Virus record (IMG/VR): IMGVR_UViG_2728369607_000006
DNA: 23,188 nucleotides
Source of the DNA: a virus
Taxonomy: Duplodnaviria > Heunggongvirae > Uroviricota > Caudoviricetes
Strand: one strand, 5' to 3'
This document shows, one piece after another, positions 22,605 through 23,188 of the stretch. The notes beneath the pieces are model-generated. The model was given only the letters and a program-made list of their open reading frames with translations. It ran no database searches and was not told the origin of the DNA. Position 1 is the first letter of the stretch, and each line of letters opens with the position of its first letter. Made by a program: the position numbers and the translations under genes.

Positions 22605-23188
22605 TGGCATTCAGAATGAGTGAACAACCACGGACCATAAAAATTTATAATCTGCTGGCCGGAACTAATGAATTTATTGGTGAAGGTGACGCATATATTC
22701 CGCCTCATACAGGTCTGCCAGCAAACAGTACCGATATTGCACCACCAGATATTCCTGCTGGCTTCGTGGCTGTTTTCAACAGTGATGAGGCATCGTGGCA
22801 TCTCGTTGAAGATCATCGGGGAAAAACCGTCTATGACGTGGCTTCCGGCGACGCGTTATTTATTTCTGAACTCGGTCCGTTACCGGAAAATGTTACCTGG
22901 TTATCGCCGGGAGGGGAATATCAGAAGTGGAACGGCACAGCCTGGGTGAAAGATGCAGAAGCAGAAAAACTGTTCCGGATCCGAGAGGCGGAAGAAACAA
23001 AAAACAGCCTGATGCAGGTAGCCAGTGAGCATATTGCGCCACTTCAGGATGCTGTAGATCTGGAAATCGCAACGGAGGAAGAAACCTCATTGCTGGAAGC
23101 CTGGAAAAAGTATCGGGTGTTGCTGAACCGTGTTGATACATCAACTGCACCTGATATTGAGTGGCCTACGAACCCTGTCAGGGAGTAA
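22604..23188 (+). CDS. tfa: Tail fiber assembly chaperone Tfa
   Basis: 194 aa [37 protein letters not shown]..., near-identical to lambda Tfa; its stop codon is the last 3 bases of the window. Confidence 0.93.
   Translation: MAFRMSEQPRTIKIYNLLAGTNEFIGEGDAYIPPHTGLPANSTDIAPPDIPAGFVAVFNSDEASWHLVEDHRGKTVYDVASGDALFISELGPLPENVTWLSPGGEYQKWNGTAWVKDAEAEKLFRIREAEETKNSLMQVASEHIAPLQDAVDLEIATEEETSLLEAWKKYRVLLNRVDTSTAPDIEWPTNPVRE

Overview
The whole window is one co-directional (+ strand) late morphogenesis operon of a lambda-like (lambdoid) phage or prophage, running from the terminase small subunit start codon at position 1 to the tail fiber assembly gene stop at 23188. Gene order, lengths and overlaps match phage lambda as I recall it: nu1-A-W-B-C/nu3-D-E-FI-FII-Z-U-V-G/G-T-H-M-L-K-I-J-lom-stf-tfa. 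Comparison to lambda is from memory, not a search. I found no unexplained coding space and no inserted cargo such as a defence system, toxin-antitoxin pair, CRISPR array, IS element or RNA gene, so I do not see a previously undescribed system here. The points worth a second look are: (1) the major capsid gene E is broken by a 41-bp out-of-frame deletion, so this element is probably a defective prophage unless that is an assembly error; (2) the J C-terminal domain through the lom N-terminus looks like a swapped module; (3) the side tail fiber gene stf is about 250 codons longer than in lambda, with an expanded Ala/Ser/Thr repeat tract, a duplicated fibre-repeat motif and an AT-rich central domain. 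The cos site and the integration/immunity region lie outside the window.
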